Shown one piece after another: positions 41,146 through 53,136 of a DNA stretch of 64,000 nt; the first letter of the stretch is position 1; each line of letters begins with the position of its first letter. A program made the translations under genes and the position numbers. The DNA comes from Octopus vulgaris (taxonomy: Eukaryota): assembly GCA_951406725.2 (NCBI GenBank), contig OX597815.1, positions 138,322,001 through 138,386,000 on the forward strand, given 5' to 3'. The notes under the pieces are model-generated. The model searched no databases. It was not told where the DNA came from and saw only the letters and a program-made list of their open reading frames with translations.

Positions 41146-41183
41146 ATGTGTGTGTGTGTGTTTATGTATAAGCCTGAAACACA

Positions 41184-41224
<41 letters not shown>
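40698..41224. repeat. (TATG)n/(TA)n/(TG)n tracts
   Basis: Directly visible. Confidence 0.95.
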
Positions 41225-41227
<3 letters not shown>

Positions 41228-41479
41228 AACGACCTCGAACCCACAAGAGTAAACAAGAGAGACAGAGACAGGCAAAAACAAGGAAAATGCCACTTGTATT
41301 TGAACACTATACAAATATTCTTTTAAAAAGCGTTTCTTTAAATTTTTCCAAATGTAATTGTTTTCCATACAGCTGAAAAAGTCTCAATGATTGAAACCGG
41401 TCCGGAAATGTTTTTTAGAAAATTATTTTAGCATTTTCTATCTTGACTTCTTTTTCCATCATATATATATGTATATAGC

Positions 41480-41645
41480 TCACGGGAGTGGCCATGGAAA
41501 CGAGAATGGGCACCAACTATGCGAACCTGTTCGTTGGCAACGTTGATGCCCAGATATTCTCAAGATTCACTGCTTCCTCTCCCGAACTATATGGTCGTTA
41601 TATTGACGACTGCATCGGTGCGACCTCGCTCTTCCGTGAACACTC
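41480..41645 (+). mobile_element. Penelope-like RT fragment
   Basis: GVAMETRMGTNYANLFVG...LYGRYIDDCIG. Confidence 0.8.
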
Positions 41646-41663
41646 CTGTCCTCAAATTCTCCT

Positions 41664-41763
41664 ATATAGTAGAAAACACTTGCCCAAAGTGCCACGCAGT
41701 GGGACTGAACCCGGAACCATGTGGTTCGTAAGCAAGCTACTTACCACACAGCCTCTCTTACGC

Positions 41764-41767
<4 letters not shown>
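41664..41767 (-). mobile_element. SINE head fragment (family of 28399)
   Basis: Reverse complement matches gtggtaagtagcttgcttacgaaccac..ttcagtcccactgcgtggcac. Confidence 0.85.
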
Positions 41768-41813
<46 letters not shown>

Positions 41814-41919
41814 GTAACACAAAAGAAGGAATTTCGATTACCCCACGTGGTGAGTTGTAATATATATAAAAAATTAAAAAATGAAAATATGCACACTTTT
41901 CATATTTTTAATATAATTT

Positions 41920-42700
41920 TTTATATATCGACCGGTTTCGCTTTCGCTATTCATAATATTAAGGTTTACTTATTTGAATATGTATTTTCTGAAGAAGAAA
42001 TGTTTGTCCATGTTGTGTGTGATGATATTTACAAGTGATTGATTTCACAAGTAGAAAAATAAGGGGAGGTATTTGTTGTGGGCAAGGGAGATAACTGTTC
42101 GGCTTTCGGTAAGGGGAGGAGAATATATATACACACAAAAAAGCGTTTCGAAAAACGTGTTTAGTGAGGGGTTTTATGTACAGTGGTATAATCGTGAACT
42201 GAAATATGTAAAAAGATAAAAGTTGGTTATGCTTGCATATTAAGACGTGTTCTTTATTCTTCAATGAAAAAGTTTCTTTACTTAAACGTTCTTGTGTAGA
42301 AATTGTGTCTTTGCACTGGTAGAAGGGGAAGACTGCGAAATTTGGCTTGATGTTATCTGCACATTTTTCTATATTTTCACTGAGAGGAATTTGCCTGTAT
42401 TGCCGTAAATGGATTTGCTCTTTATGTAGAGTGGTTCTCCGTCTCAAAGTCATAGTTGTCTGTCCATCATGGTTGTGTCCACGATCCGAGCAGGTTGTTA
42501 CATAAATTAGGTTCTCAGAGGCACAAGTGAAACTAGTTTTAATTGTGAACCTCTGTCCTTGTTTGAAAAGGAAATCCGAGCCTTCAAGTAAGTTGGGGCA
42601 GGTTCCACAGTTTGTGTATCCACATTTTTTAACCGTTGGTTTCGTAGTTGTTTTGTAAATCTTCGCATTTTTTGTTAGTATTCTCTTTAGCGATTTGTGT
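41920..42700 (-). mobile_element. Neptune-type Penelope-like element 3' end (GIY-YIG) with degenerate HHR
   Basis: KKCGYTNCGTC, FTCASENLIYVTTC, GQT..LRRR (ORF 41959-42453); gc gaaa gc-GAAAC-cg-GTC at ~41924-41960. Confidence 0.8.
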
Positions 42701-42712
42701 TGCTTTTTTTAA

Positions 42713-42756
<44 letters not shown>

Positions 42757-42760
<4 letters not shown>

Positions 42761-44280
42761 TCAGTGAGATACTGAACGACCAGTTCAAAAGTGTCTTTAC
42801 TACCTTGTTGGAACACAGACAAGGGAACGAACCAGTGGACTTCTTTGCCGCCTCACCTATAACCAGCGAGGCAGTCACGATGGAATGCATTGACATTAGC
42901 GAAGAAGATATACTACTAGCCATAGATAAAGTGGACACAAACTCGACTGCTGGTCCTGATGGTTTCCCAGCAATCCTCAAATCGTGTAAGCATGCCTTGG
43001 AAAAACCCCTTCAGATTCTCTTCCAGAGCTTTCTTGCAAATGGCAAACTACCAAGCAATCAGAGCAGATGCCCAAAACTATAGGCCTATCTCTCTGACTT
43101 CACACATCAGCAAAATCATGGAACGGATAATCAGAGGGGAACTAATCGCATTCCTCGAAGAAAATAACTTGCTGAGTGATACCTAGCATGGCTTTCGACC
43201 GAGTAGGAGCTGCCTGACCCCGCTCTTACAACATTATGACAGTTACTCAACAATTCAAATATGGACGTAATATACCTTGATTTTGCAAAAGCTTTTGACA
43301 AGGGGGATCATGGCATGATATGACGCAAACTGCGTGATCTTTGCATAGCTGGAAAACTTGGAGAGTGGTTACATGACTTTCTGAAAGATAGGAGTCAGGC
43401 AGTAGTGGCTAATGGAGCCTCCTCTATGAAAACACAAATAGTGAGCGGTGTTCCACAGAGCACTGTCTTTCAGATATGCTCTCAAGTGCTCGGATAGCCA
43501 CCCTTGCAAGCTACGCAGATGATACGAAAGTCTCGCAGAAAATACAGAACATCTACAGCAGAAGTTGGACTCAATTTACAGATGGGCTGAGGATAATAAT
43601 ATGCAGTTTAACGCTGAAAAATTCCAAGCCCTGCGCTACCAGCATCCAAAACTGAATATGAAACTTACAGGATACACTGGTTCTCAGGGAATTTCAATCC
43701 CAGAGCCTAAGCCAGTGAGGGACCTGGGTATCGAAATGAGTGATAATACCTCCTTCCAAGTGAACATTACCAGGATGGCGACAAAGTGCAGACGACTGGC
43801 TGGCTGGATCCTAAGAAAATTCAGAACCAGAGATAAGGAAACCATGATCTGGCGGGCATTCGTCCTCAGCCACCTTGATTACTGCTCACAGCTATGGTCA
43901 CCCACCAGTGTGAAATTTACAGCGGACCTTGAAGCAATCCAGAGAAGATTCACAAAGAAGATCGTCTTTTTGCAACTGCTCAGCTACTGGGAAAGGTTGA
44001 AACAGCTAAGGCTCTACTACCTGGAGAGAAAACGGGAGGGGTATGCAAAGAGTCTGAGGAACTTGCACAAAGTAGATGTAGCGGTTTTTAAATCAAATCT
44101 GGACCTCTTCCTGTCGAGAGTCCCAGGTGAACCTACCTCACGGCAAGAGGTGCAAATGAGGGTAGATACATTAAACTCCATTCTTCAACAAGTGCCACAT
44201 ATTGGAGGAGGCTCTCAGTAATAACAGTGTAACAAAACGGCGGTGCATCAGCATAGCCGCAGCTCTGAGCTGAAACTAGA
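42757..44280 (+). mobile_element. CR1-group LINE, family A, degraded
   Basis: AGPDGFP, NYRPISLTSH, YLDFAKAFDK, YADD, RDLG, YCSQLWSP; homologous to 15180-16655. Confidence 0.92.
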
Positions 44281-44300
44281 CAAAAATTATTTTTAAATTT

Positions 44301-44359
<59 letters not shown>

Positions 44360-44478
44360 AAATATTAGGGAATAAATCCAAACTTACAGGGAAAAATCAG
44401 ATTTAGGATTAAATCCAATTTTATAGTATAAATATATTATATTATATTATATTGTATTATATTATATTAAATTATATT

Positions 44479-44547
44479 ATATTATATTAAATTAGAGATA
44501 AAACCACTATTAGGCAAATCAATAGTGGTTTTATCTCTAATTTAATA

Positions 44548-44553
<6 letters not shown>
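44479..44553. repeat. Perfect 33-bp-arm hairpin
   Basis: atattatattaaattagagataaaaccactatt - aggcaaatc - aatagtggttttatctctaatttaatataatat. Confidence 0.9.
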
Positions 44554-44593
<40 letters not shown>

Positions 44594-45646
44594 CGAAACT
44601 TTTGCAGAAATCCATCAGTTCGCGTGTTTAGTTGTAGAAATGTTGGATATGATAATTGATTCGATGAAGTGAACTGAAGTGCCAGAGGAAGTAAATATTT
44701 ACTCACATCTTGTCTACGAAGAAGAAAAGATTACAAATTGATAACATACTCCAATAAAGAAAACCGTTTCATATAATGTAATTATATCAAAGAAGGAAAT
44801 GAATAAGCCGGAGTAGTTTATATATTAATTATTGGAGAATAAATTCCAAATTTATTAACTTCCATTTTGACATTAATAAATGATTTTATACTTTGCTTCA
44901 ATGCTTTTTCAAAGAACAGTCTTTTGAATTTATGCACGTTAGAGTATGCTGGAAACAAGGATTTAAGAATTGTTATCACAAAACCAATAATGAAGTGCCA
45001 GAAGTGTTGATCTATCTTTCTGCCATTTATTTAATCTTATGAGATTTCAAAGAAGAAAAAAAGCAGTTGGGACGGGTTTAGTAAGACTCATTGTCACCTG
45101 CTCATCTTTTCCATCGCCGCCTTATACATATCCGTTGTTGACTGTGCGGCAATATGCTTCTACACTACGAAAATTAATTCCTATTTTTGTCGCTGTCTCT
45201 TTGATTATTCAATTCTCTTCACTATTCATTGTTGCGAAGCCATCGGTCATTTCAAATGTAATAAAAATGTTTTTCATCCAAAGAACAACGAGCATTCACC
45301 AAAGAAATTGGACGAAAATTGAAAAACTTACTGGCACGAAATTGATACCGCTAATTAGCATCGGTTAATTGTTTTCTCGGGCCATCTTAAATGTTATTAA
45401 TTGGTTAAACATATGACTTCAACGTTCGTGTCTACGAAAATGTTAAAAAAAATGTTAGAAAATCTTTGTTTAATGTGAAATTTGTTTATAGACAGAATTC
45501 ATCAGTTTTGTGATATTTCCCGAATTATAAGCTTAGAATTATGGCGTATCGAGTTTTGTTGTACGAAACCAAAAGTGTATGTATAACGGCTTATATTGAA
45601 TATCTCATCGGTATTTCCCATATCTTAAGTGGCCATTTTCATTTTC

Positions 45647-45704
<58 letters not shown>

Positions 45705-45804
45705 AATGAAGTAGATAGACAAGTTTATTTTTTGAACCTGTGGAAGGCACGGTAGATGCCGAAATATCGTCCACTTGATAACAATGGCACTCTTCTTTTT
45801 TTGC

Positions 45805-45861
<57 letters not shown>

Positions 45862-45862
<1 letters not shown>

Positions 45863-46034
45863 GACGTCGCACAGTATGCAAAATCTTGAGGTTGTTGATT
45901 GAAGATATTGTGTCTACCGGGGGTTTGTACTGTTTGTCAAGTCCCAACAAGGACCTCAGACAGCCAGTACTTTACGCAATATGCGTGCAGTTCCAAGTAA
46001 TGCCGACTTTTGCAATACATCTAGATTGTAGGGT
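45862..46034 (-). mobile_element. R4/Dong-type LINE 3' terminus ending in (TAA)n
   Basis: Minus strand KSALLGTARILRKVLAV*, then UTR, then the (TTA)n tract at 45805-45860. Confidence 0.75.
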
Positions 46035-46680
46035 ATAACTTTGATAACTTTGATAGGTTTCGGCCAGTATAGGCCCAGGCCATGTCTAACTCAGTAGCAC
46101 CACCTAGTGAAGTTTGTTTTAGTCATATATGGGACACCATAGCCCAATCTAGCAAAGAGTTAGTATTGTTGGAGACATATCCGGGTATAGGAGGTTGATC
46201 CGGGATTATTTGAAGAAATTTGTCCAGGTAAAGTAATTGTGACATAATATTGCTATGTGTACCGAGTCCGATTTTTGTAGTGGGCAGATAGCATGGGGGA
46301 CAAGTCTTGGATGGATTTTAAAATTGATGCCACCATCATTTGTGCAATATTGATGGAATATTTTCCACATAACACAAATGATGTAGCGCTCCCGGTGGCG
46401 TTGGAGAGAGTAGAGATTGAGTTTTTTAGTCGATCACAATAATCAATGCCTCTCATACCGTCTATCTTTCTTGTTATGGACCTCTGGAGTGCTTCTACTT
46501 TCATGAGTTACTTCGTATGGCGATGGTGGTGACCACAATGAGCAACAGTACCCATGGTGGGGTCGGGCAAAAGTAGAGTAGAAAAGGATGATGGCGTAGG
46601 TATCTCTAGATCGGGAAGTTCTCAGAATCCAGGAGCACATCTTGCGGGCCAAGTCAACCTTGTTGTTTACGTGGGTATCT
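46035..46680 (-). mobile_element. CR1-group LINE 3' fragment, family B
   Basis: SWILRTSRSRD..YCCSLWSP; homologous to 2721-3450; tail (ATCAAAGTT)n. Confidence 0.85.
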
Positions 46681-46684
46681 CTAA

Positions 46685-47265
46685 GGTTTTCAGATGTTTT
46701 TCAGATTGGTTAGTATTGAACCTGATGTTCCTATGACAATAGGGATAACCTTTATGTTCGACTCTCGCAGCTGCCACATCTTAGCGATCTCAGTTATCAG
46801 GTCTCCACATATATCAACTTTTTCTCTTTCTTTCATGATGATATGTTGATCTGGAACTGCTACGTCGATTATTAGGCACTCTTGATAATCCTTCCTAAAG
46901 GTTACTATATCCAGCCTTCGGTGCTGTAACACTTTGTCTGTCTGGAAATCAATGTCCCAGAAGACTTTTGCCTTCCCCTTTTCGTCCATTACCTTTTCCA
47001 GTGTATGTTGGTACCAAACACCCGAACCTCATATTCATACTTACGGCCAGTGGAGGTTTTGGGCTACTTTGTCGTGTCTACGCTTGTACTCTTTCTGCGC
47101 AAGACTTTCACAAAAACTAACAATGTGATTCACACTTTTGACCCTCTAACCACACATTCTGCAGAGGTCCGATGCACTTGAGTGGTATTTATTCTTTTTC
47201 ACTGAGTTAGTATTCAATACCTGGTCCTGGGCCACGATGATTAGACTTTCAGTATTCTTTTTTAG
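46685..47265 (-). mobile_element. R4/Dong-type LINE fragment
   Basis: ESLIIVAQDQ, CRMC, RHD, FWDIDFQTDKVLQHRRLDIV..IIDVAVP. Confidence 0.8.
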
Positions 47266-47354
47266 GTCATTCTTCTGGCGTCACCTCCATGATGCTCACT
47301 GGTCTTTTAATTTTTTGGTTTGACATATTCTTCTTCTTCTTCTTCTTCTTCTTC

Positions 47355-47403
<49 letters not shown>

Positions 47404-47405
<2 letters not shown>

Positions 47406-47700
47406 GATAAATACCAGCCACTGCGGGACGAGATAGGAAAGTTATGGGACATGAAAGTAATGGTGATACCGGTGGTAACTGGAGCATTATGAGCAGTTTC
47501 CAAGGGCTTTGAAAAACATATTAAGAATACTGGAGCTGCTGTTAGGCTCGAGGTGATCCAGAAGACAACATTGTAGGGTACAGCTCGCATTCTAAGGAGA
47601 GTGATGTCTCTTTGAGTCACAGGAGAAAGCACTACTTGAAATATTTGGTGATTTGTTATTGCCTGCTTTCAAGTAAAGAATAACCGGTAATTAATGAATC
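47404..47700 (+). mobile_element. R4/Dong-type LINE 3' fragment following (TAA)n
   Basis: DKYQPLRDEIGKLWDMKVMVIPVVTGAL...GTARILRRV. Confidence 0.75.
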
Positions 47701-48336
47701 GGCACTGAATGGGCGTTATCGCCAATTAGTTATCCCCATCAGAAGAGATAGTCAGCTGTACTCTTGACCATATCAACATCATTGCATACTTGCATATTAA
47801 AAATCAGTCAATATAGCTTGAAGAAAGGAAATATAGTTGATTGAATCTTAACCATGCTAATTTTATTGTTCGTTGTAGTATTCAAAAAGATATATCGATT
47901 GTGTCATCTTGAATCTGAAGAAATCCTCGCTCGCAAAACGTTTTGATTGGGGTAGAGGAAAGATAAAATTCCCTTATCTTAATAATAGGACTTATTGAGA
48001 TTTATAAAACTCTTAAATATATTAAAATTGAGGTAAAAATCCAATGGAAAAGCTTTTTCTGCTTGACAAAGGTATCATATAACAAAAATTATATTTTTTC
48101 CTGGAAAAAACAAAACGAATTTAAATGTCGTGAAACAATAATTTAATCATTTTTCGGAAGAAACTCACAGATCTTTACGTAGATATCAATGATATTAGTA
48201 AAATACTGTTTTTCTCTGGCACCTAATCGCATCGCATTATCTTCAATAGTGTGACGTTCTATCTATTGTATCATGAAATCCAACGTCGATAAACAAGAGC
48301 AAGAAGCCATATAAAAACTTGAAAGCAACTGTGTGG

Positions 48337-48546
48337 CAAAGTAGCCACAGATATCTGCCCAATACCAATCGTTCCTATCAAAGTAGCCACACATATCTGC
48401 CTAATACCAATCGTTCCTATCAAAGTAGCCACAGATATCTGCCCTATACCAATTGCTTCTATCAAAGTAGCCACAGATATCTGCCCAATACCAATTGTTC
48501 CTATCAAAGTAGCCACAGATATCTGTTCAATACCGTTCGTTCTGAT
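48337..48546. repeat. 42-bp minisatellite, 5 copies
   Basis: Unit caaagtagccacagatatctgcccaataccaatcgttcctat starts at 48337, 48379, 48421, 48463 and 48505. Confidence 0.95.
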
Positions 48547-49126
48547 CAAGGGAACCACAGAAAAACTGTTTCCGATATATTCCTTATGAGATTTTAAAAT
48601 ATAGAGCACAAAGCAAAAGCAAGCTACTTACTGGCTACTATTTATCACTTGTCCTGGAAATGATGTAGCAATGTCAGATAACCTTTTCACCCAAAGTCGT
48701 CGTAAAATACACTGAAATAATATATATGATATATATGCCTTGACGTAACTTCTAATATAATTATTAATTATTATGCTAAGTCAAGAGTTGCATAAAATAA
48801 AAGAGTGTTAAATGTACAAGTTACGCGTAAATACTAAAATATGTGATTTTGTATGGATCATATTTTGCAAATAGTATAGTCGTAAAATGCTTTCAGAGAT
48901 ATTAAAGCTTATATTTCTCATGTAATGGGTTATCAGGATTTGAAAAATCAATTTGCTTCCCATAAATGCATAGATCCCTGTAGATATAATAATTAAAATA
49001 ATGAGACGCAGTGATTTTATAAAGATAAATTATATCTTTGGGAAATATTTAGCTATAATAACGTATTTAGAAATACCATATATATATATGAAGTTGTAGA
49101 AACTGAATATAGTTGTATACAACTCT

Positions 49127-49174
49127 ATTTACCTCACTTCCACCGCTTTATAAAGCGGTGGGTGTGAGGTAAAT
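49127..49174. repeat. 48-bp imperfect palindrome
   Basis: atttacctcacttccaccgcttta|taaagcggtgggtgtgaggtaaat, 2 mismatches. Confidence 0.85.
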
Positions 49175-49296
49175 TACAAGGGTATGAAAGAAATATAAGA
49201 AACATGAAGAGCGAAAAAGAGAGAGTGTGAGAGAGTGAGAAAATGAGAGTTGATGGTAAGAAGAGAAAAAATATTCAGTGCGAGCCATACAGCAAA

Positions 49297-49406
<110 letters not shown>

Positions 49407-51576
49407 GTAATAAGATTGATACAAAATCTTATAACTTAACCCGACTTTTATCGATTTTCTGTTTGCGGCAACTGTTAGAGAAAACACAGACTACAACGTG
49501 CAAGGCAGTGTTATGGAGAACTGTACACATTTGTTAGCATCAACATTGTAACTATGTATATTTGCTATTTTTAAGTTTCTATTGACAGTTTTTATTTAAT
49601 GTCAATATCTTATTTTACATCCCAACTTTTCCAATATGTGTATCTGCTCGTCTTTTAGATGTAATATATAGTTTGTTTCGTTTTCGCCAATGTTATTTCA
49701 ACACATAACAAACTTGGTGCAGTTTAATGTTACACATGTATAGACTATGCGGCTAGATGAATTAGTTACAGCTTAATAAAAATATCAAACTGTGTTTTAA
49801 ATTAATATTTGCATATCGTTGCGTTTTTGGCAGTTATCCAGTAATTGACAATAGCTCATTTTCTATTATTCAACATCTACATCATCTCTAGATATAAGGT
49901 GATAAAATTTAAAGATATATGTATATTTTCTTATAGAATATTGATATTAACCAAATTTTCCTTTTTTTTAATGCACAAGTTTAGATATCTTATATTCGAT
50001 TTAAAGTGAAACCTTTCAAGAAGAATAATATTGAACATAAATGAAAGTGACATATGTAAGCTAGATGATGAATGCAACTTCAATTTATTCAAGATAAAAT
50101 TCAGAATTTCACATAAAGGTACTAAAAGTTAATTGGCATTCCATAACAAAATGGAAATGTCTATGCAATTATAATTTTAAAATTCATTAGTTTGAAACAA
50201 GATACTGTTAGCATTTTAGGTGTTATATGAAGAAAAGTCTCGTAATAATATTCAGTAGAAGTAAATCATTAAAAGACCTAAGCCATAGTTTTGGTTTTAC
50301 GAAGTAAATAAATAAATTTGTATAATAAACACCACAACTCCAGGAGTACATTAAACATTTTATTCCGGCCTTATCTTCTCCAAGCACTCCAAGCTATGAA
50401 AACTAAGAGAACTAATTACAACTTTTATACCTAACAAATGTTCCATTGACACAACATCGTAAAATGCCAGCAATCTTAAAAAACAAACTCACAAAATTAC
50501 TTAACATGTTAGTTCTAAACTACAGAAATACTCAACAGCCTACAACCTGAAACTAATGCTGCTTTTTTTTCTTAGACATACGCCTGCAACAGTAACAATT
50601 AATTTACATAATTTAAGGTAGATTCAATAACCAAACTCGCCGTAGTTATTACAACCACCATATATTTGTACTATTACAACCACCGGATAAAGATTAACAA
50701 ACATTTCCACTCAAATATATATTATTCTCTTATATACACGCGACACTAATAATTTTCAGAGCCAATTACTTCCTTTCCTCGGTATACTAATTCAACAGCA
50801 CACACTCCCAAACTCATGATCTTGCTTATACCGAGCCAGAAACATCACTTCTATCAATATACTTTAAACTTATTTATCATATACCACCTCTAGATTATCA
50901 TACGATACATTTTTGGCCCAAGAACACTATGAAATGGACTCATATAAATATTCCGCACACATGTCAGATCAAAATCCCTGTTCTGATTAGCAGGAACTTT
51001 GTCTCTACGCTTAGCTGATATAAATATAAGTTAAAAAGTTAAACATATTTTAACAAACATTCGACCTATAAAACACCATATTTCCAGTTCCCGCTTTCCC
51101 CACAAATATTATTTGATTTAAAAACTTAACAAACATAACAAAATACTCACTTCATATCACATTATACACCCACTCATGCATTTCAGGAGCACATTTTGTG
51201 GTTTCATATTTGCCTATAACGGTTGTAAAAGGCGTGTTCAATTTTGAAATCGCATCTACACACATTGACTCGCACCACGTCCTCCTTTTACCACTTGTAA
51301 AACATCATTCTTTTTCAATCCGAACAATTGCAAGATCACCTGCAGTCCATATGAATTACCTTTGATGTAATGTAGGTTGCTAGTTACACTCAGAAAATAA
51401 AACTCCGAACACGCGATTGCAGCCGTTGCAGTCGCAAATAGTTTTTAACTATTTCAAAGATTATAAAATTATTTACTTGTACGAGGGATGGCGACATTCG
51501 TAATCTTTTGATGGATTTCGAAACTGAAGTAGAGGAAATAGTTAGTTTCTAATGTTTTCTGACGTCAATGCATTGC

Positions 51577-51915
51577 AAGGCTCAGTGGTTATAGCGTCGG
51601 GCTCACAATCATGAGATAGTGAGTTCGATTCCCAGATCGCGCTGTATTTTGTGTTCTTGAGGAAGATACTTTATTTCAAGTTGCTCCAGTTCCTTCAGTT
51701 ATAGAAGTGAGTTTCAACGTCACTGGTGCCAAGCTGTATCAACCCTTGCCTTTCTCTTGAATAACATCGGTGGCGTGGAGAGGGGTGACTTGTATTCATG
51801 GGCGACTGCTTGTCTTCTATAAACAACCTTGCCTGGACTTATGTCTCGGAAGGTAACTTTCTAGGTGCAATCCCGTGGTCATTCATGACTGAAGAAGGTC
51901 TTTACCTTTTTTCCC
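51577..51915 (+). mobile_element. tRNA-derived SINE
   Basis: ggctcagtggttatagcgtcgggctcacaatc..gagttcgattccc, gtgttcttgaggaagatacttt; tail ctttacc. Confidence 0.85.
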
Positions 51916-52839
51916 TTAAGGCAAAACAGTTGAAGGCAAGCGAGCCAACGACTGCGTCAGCTAGCCATAACTAACCACTTTCCAGCAACTCTTTATACTA
52001 TAGTATTAAAAGGAAAAGGCTCTTGCGATTATTTATAGGCAGTTTGAATAAAGATGGAATTAATTTGGAAATAAGTCTGCTGGATTAAAGATGTCCTAAA
52101 GTTAAATGATAACAGCAATATAATTCTAGAGAATTGATGTTTTGAAGCACATTTGATGTTGAGGTCAGGTGAAATACAGAGGGAATAAGGAGAAGAGGAG
52201 AGCACAGGTACCCTAGTGAGGCTTGAGTGGATAAGGATCAAGAAAAGAGGTGTAGATAAGAAATAAGTGCGATTCGTTGATGTGTATCGTAACCAAGCTG
52301 GATAGATAACAACATTTATGAGCTATATTGTAACTGACAATTTGTGCCTCACACAGAAATCCTTGTATTATAGAAAGTGTTCCAAATTCCCAGCTCTCAC
52401 AAAAGTTGTCCAGGATATCAGAATTATGGATTACTGTAAGTATACAAATTAGTCATCTCGATACCGTACATATGATCAAGTGGGGTTGACGGACACTTTA
52501 CAGCTACAAATGAGACAGCCAAAGCAACCCTGAAAGAAGTATCTGCGTGCTTATTTGACCAGCAAGAAATAGCACCCAAAACTCACCAAATCAGATCATG
52601 TTTTAAAATATCAAAATTAAATGAATGGAAAGAAGCTAATTATCCAGTCACTGAAATGACGTATTTTTGTTTACTATGATGATGACCTTCGACGTGATCG
52701 AACTACCAATCCCAACCAGTCGGGATTCATAGTACAGGTTTTGAATCCTTTCGATCGCTGACTACAAAACGTGGCAGACGAGCTCTCGGTCGGGTGATTT
52801 TCATAAGTCACTATTCCACCCTAATACGCCAATCCGTTA

Positions 52840-53082
52840 CAAAGTTACAGTTGGGTTGCTTGTGGAAGACCAACAGTCTCTCATGCATACACCGATGTTG
52901 TCCAAGAGAAAGGCAAAGGCCGATACAGTTAGGCACCAGTGACCTTGCATTTCATTTCTACAGCTGAGTGAACTGGAGCAACCTGAAATGAAATGTCATG
53001 TTCCAGAACACAACACACAGCCCGGTCCATGAATCGAACTCACTACCTCATGACTGTAAGCCCGACGCTCTAACCACTGAAC
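52840..53082 (-). mobile_element. tRNA-derived SINE (family of 51577)
   Basis: Reverse complement tcagtggttagagcgtcgggcttacagtcatgagg..gagttcgattc. Confidence 0.85.
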
Positions 53083-53094
53083 TATATAACACAC

Positions 53095-53136
<42 letters not shown>

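Noticed and set aside
44479-44553. miRNA precursor
   Set aside because: A perfect, very AT-rich stem in repeat context with no recognisable conserved mature miRNA.
48337-48546. CRISPR-like array
   Set aside because: Contiguous units with no unique spacers, no cas genes, and eukaryotic context.
50300-51450. Possible decayed Penelope-like RT
   Set aside because: Only a compositional skew and faint motif resemblance; not callable without an HMM search.
51577-51640. tRNA genes here and at 25586, 28405, 32620 and 53020
   Set aside because: A/B boxes are present but there is no full cloverleaf, and each continues into a SINE body.
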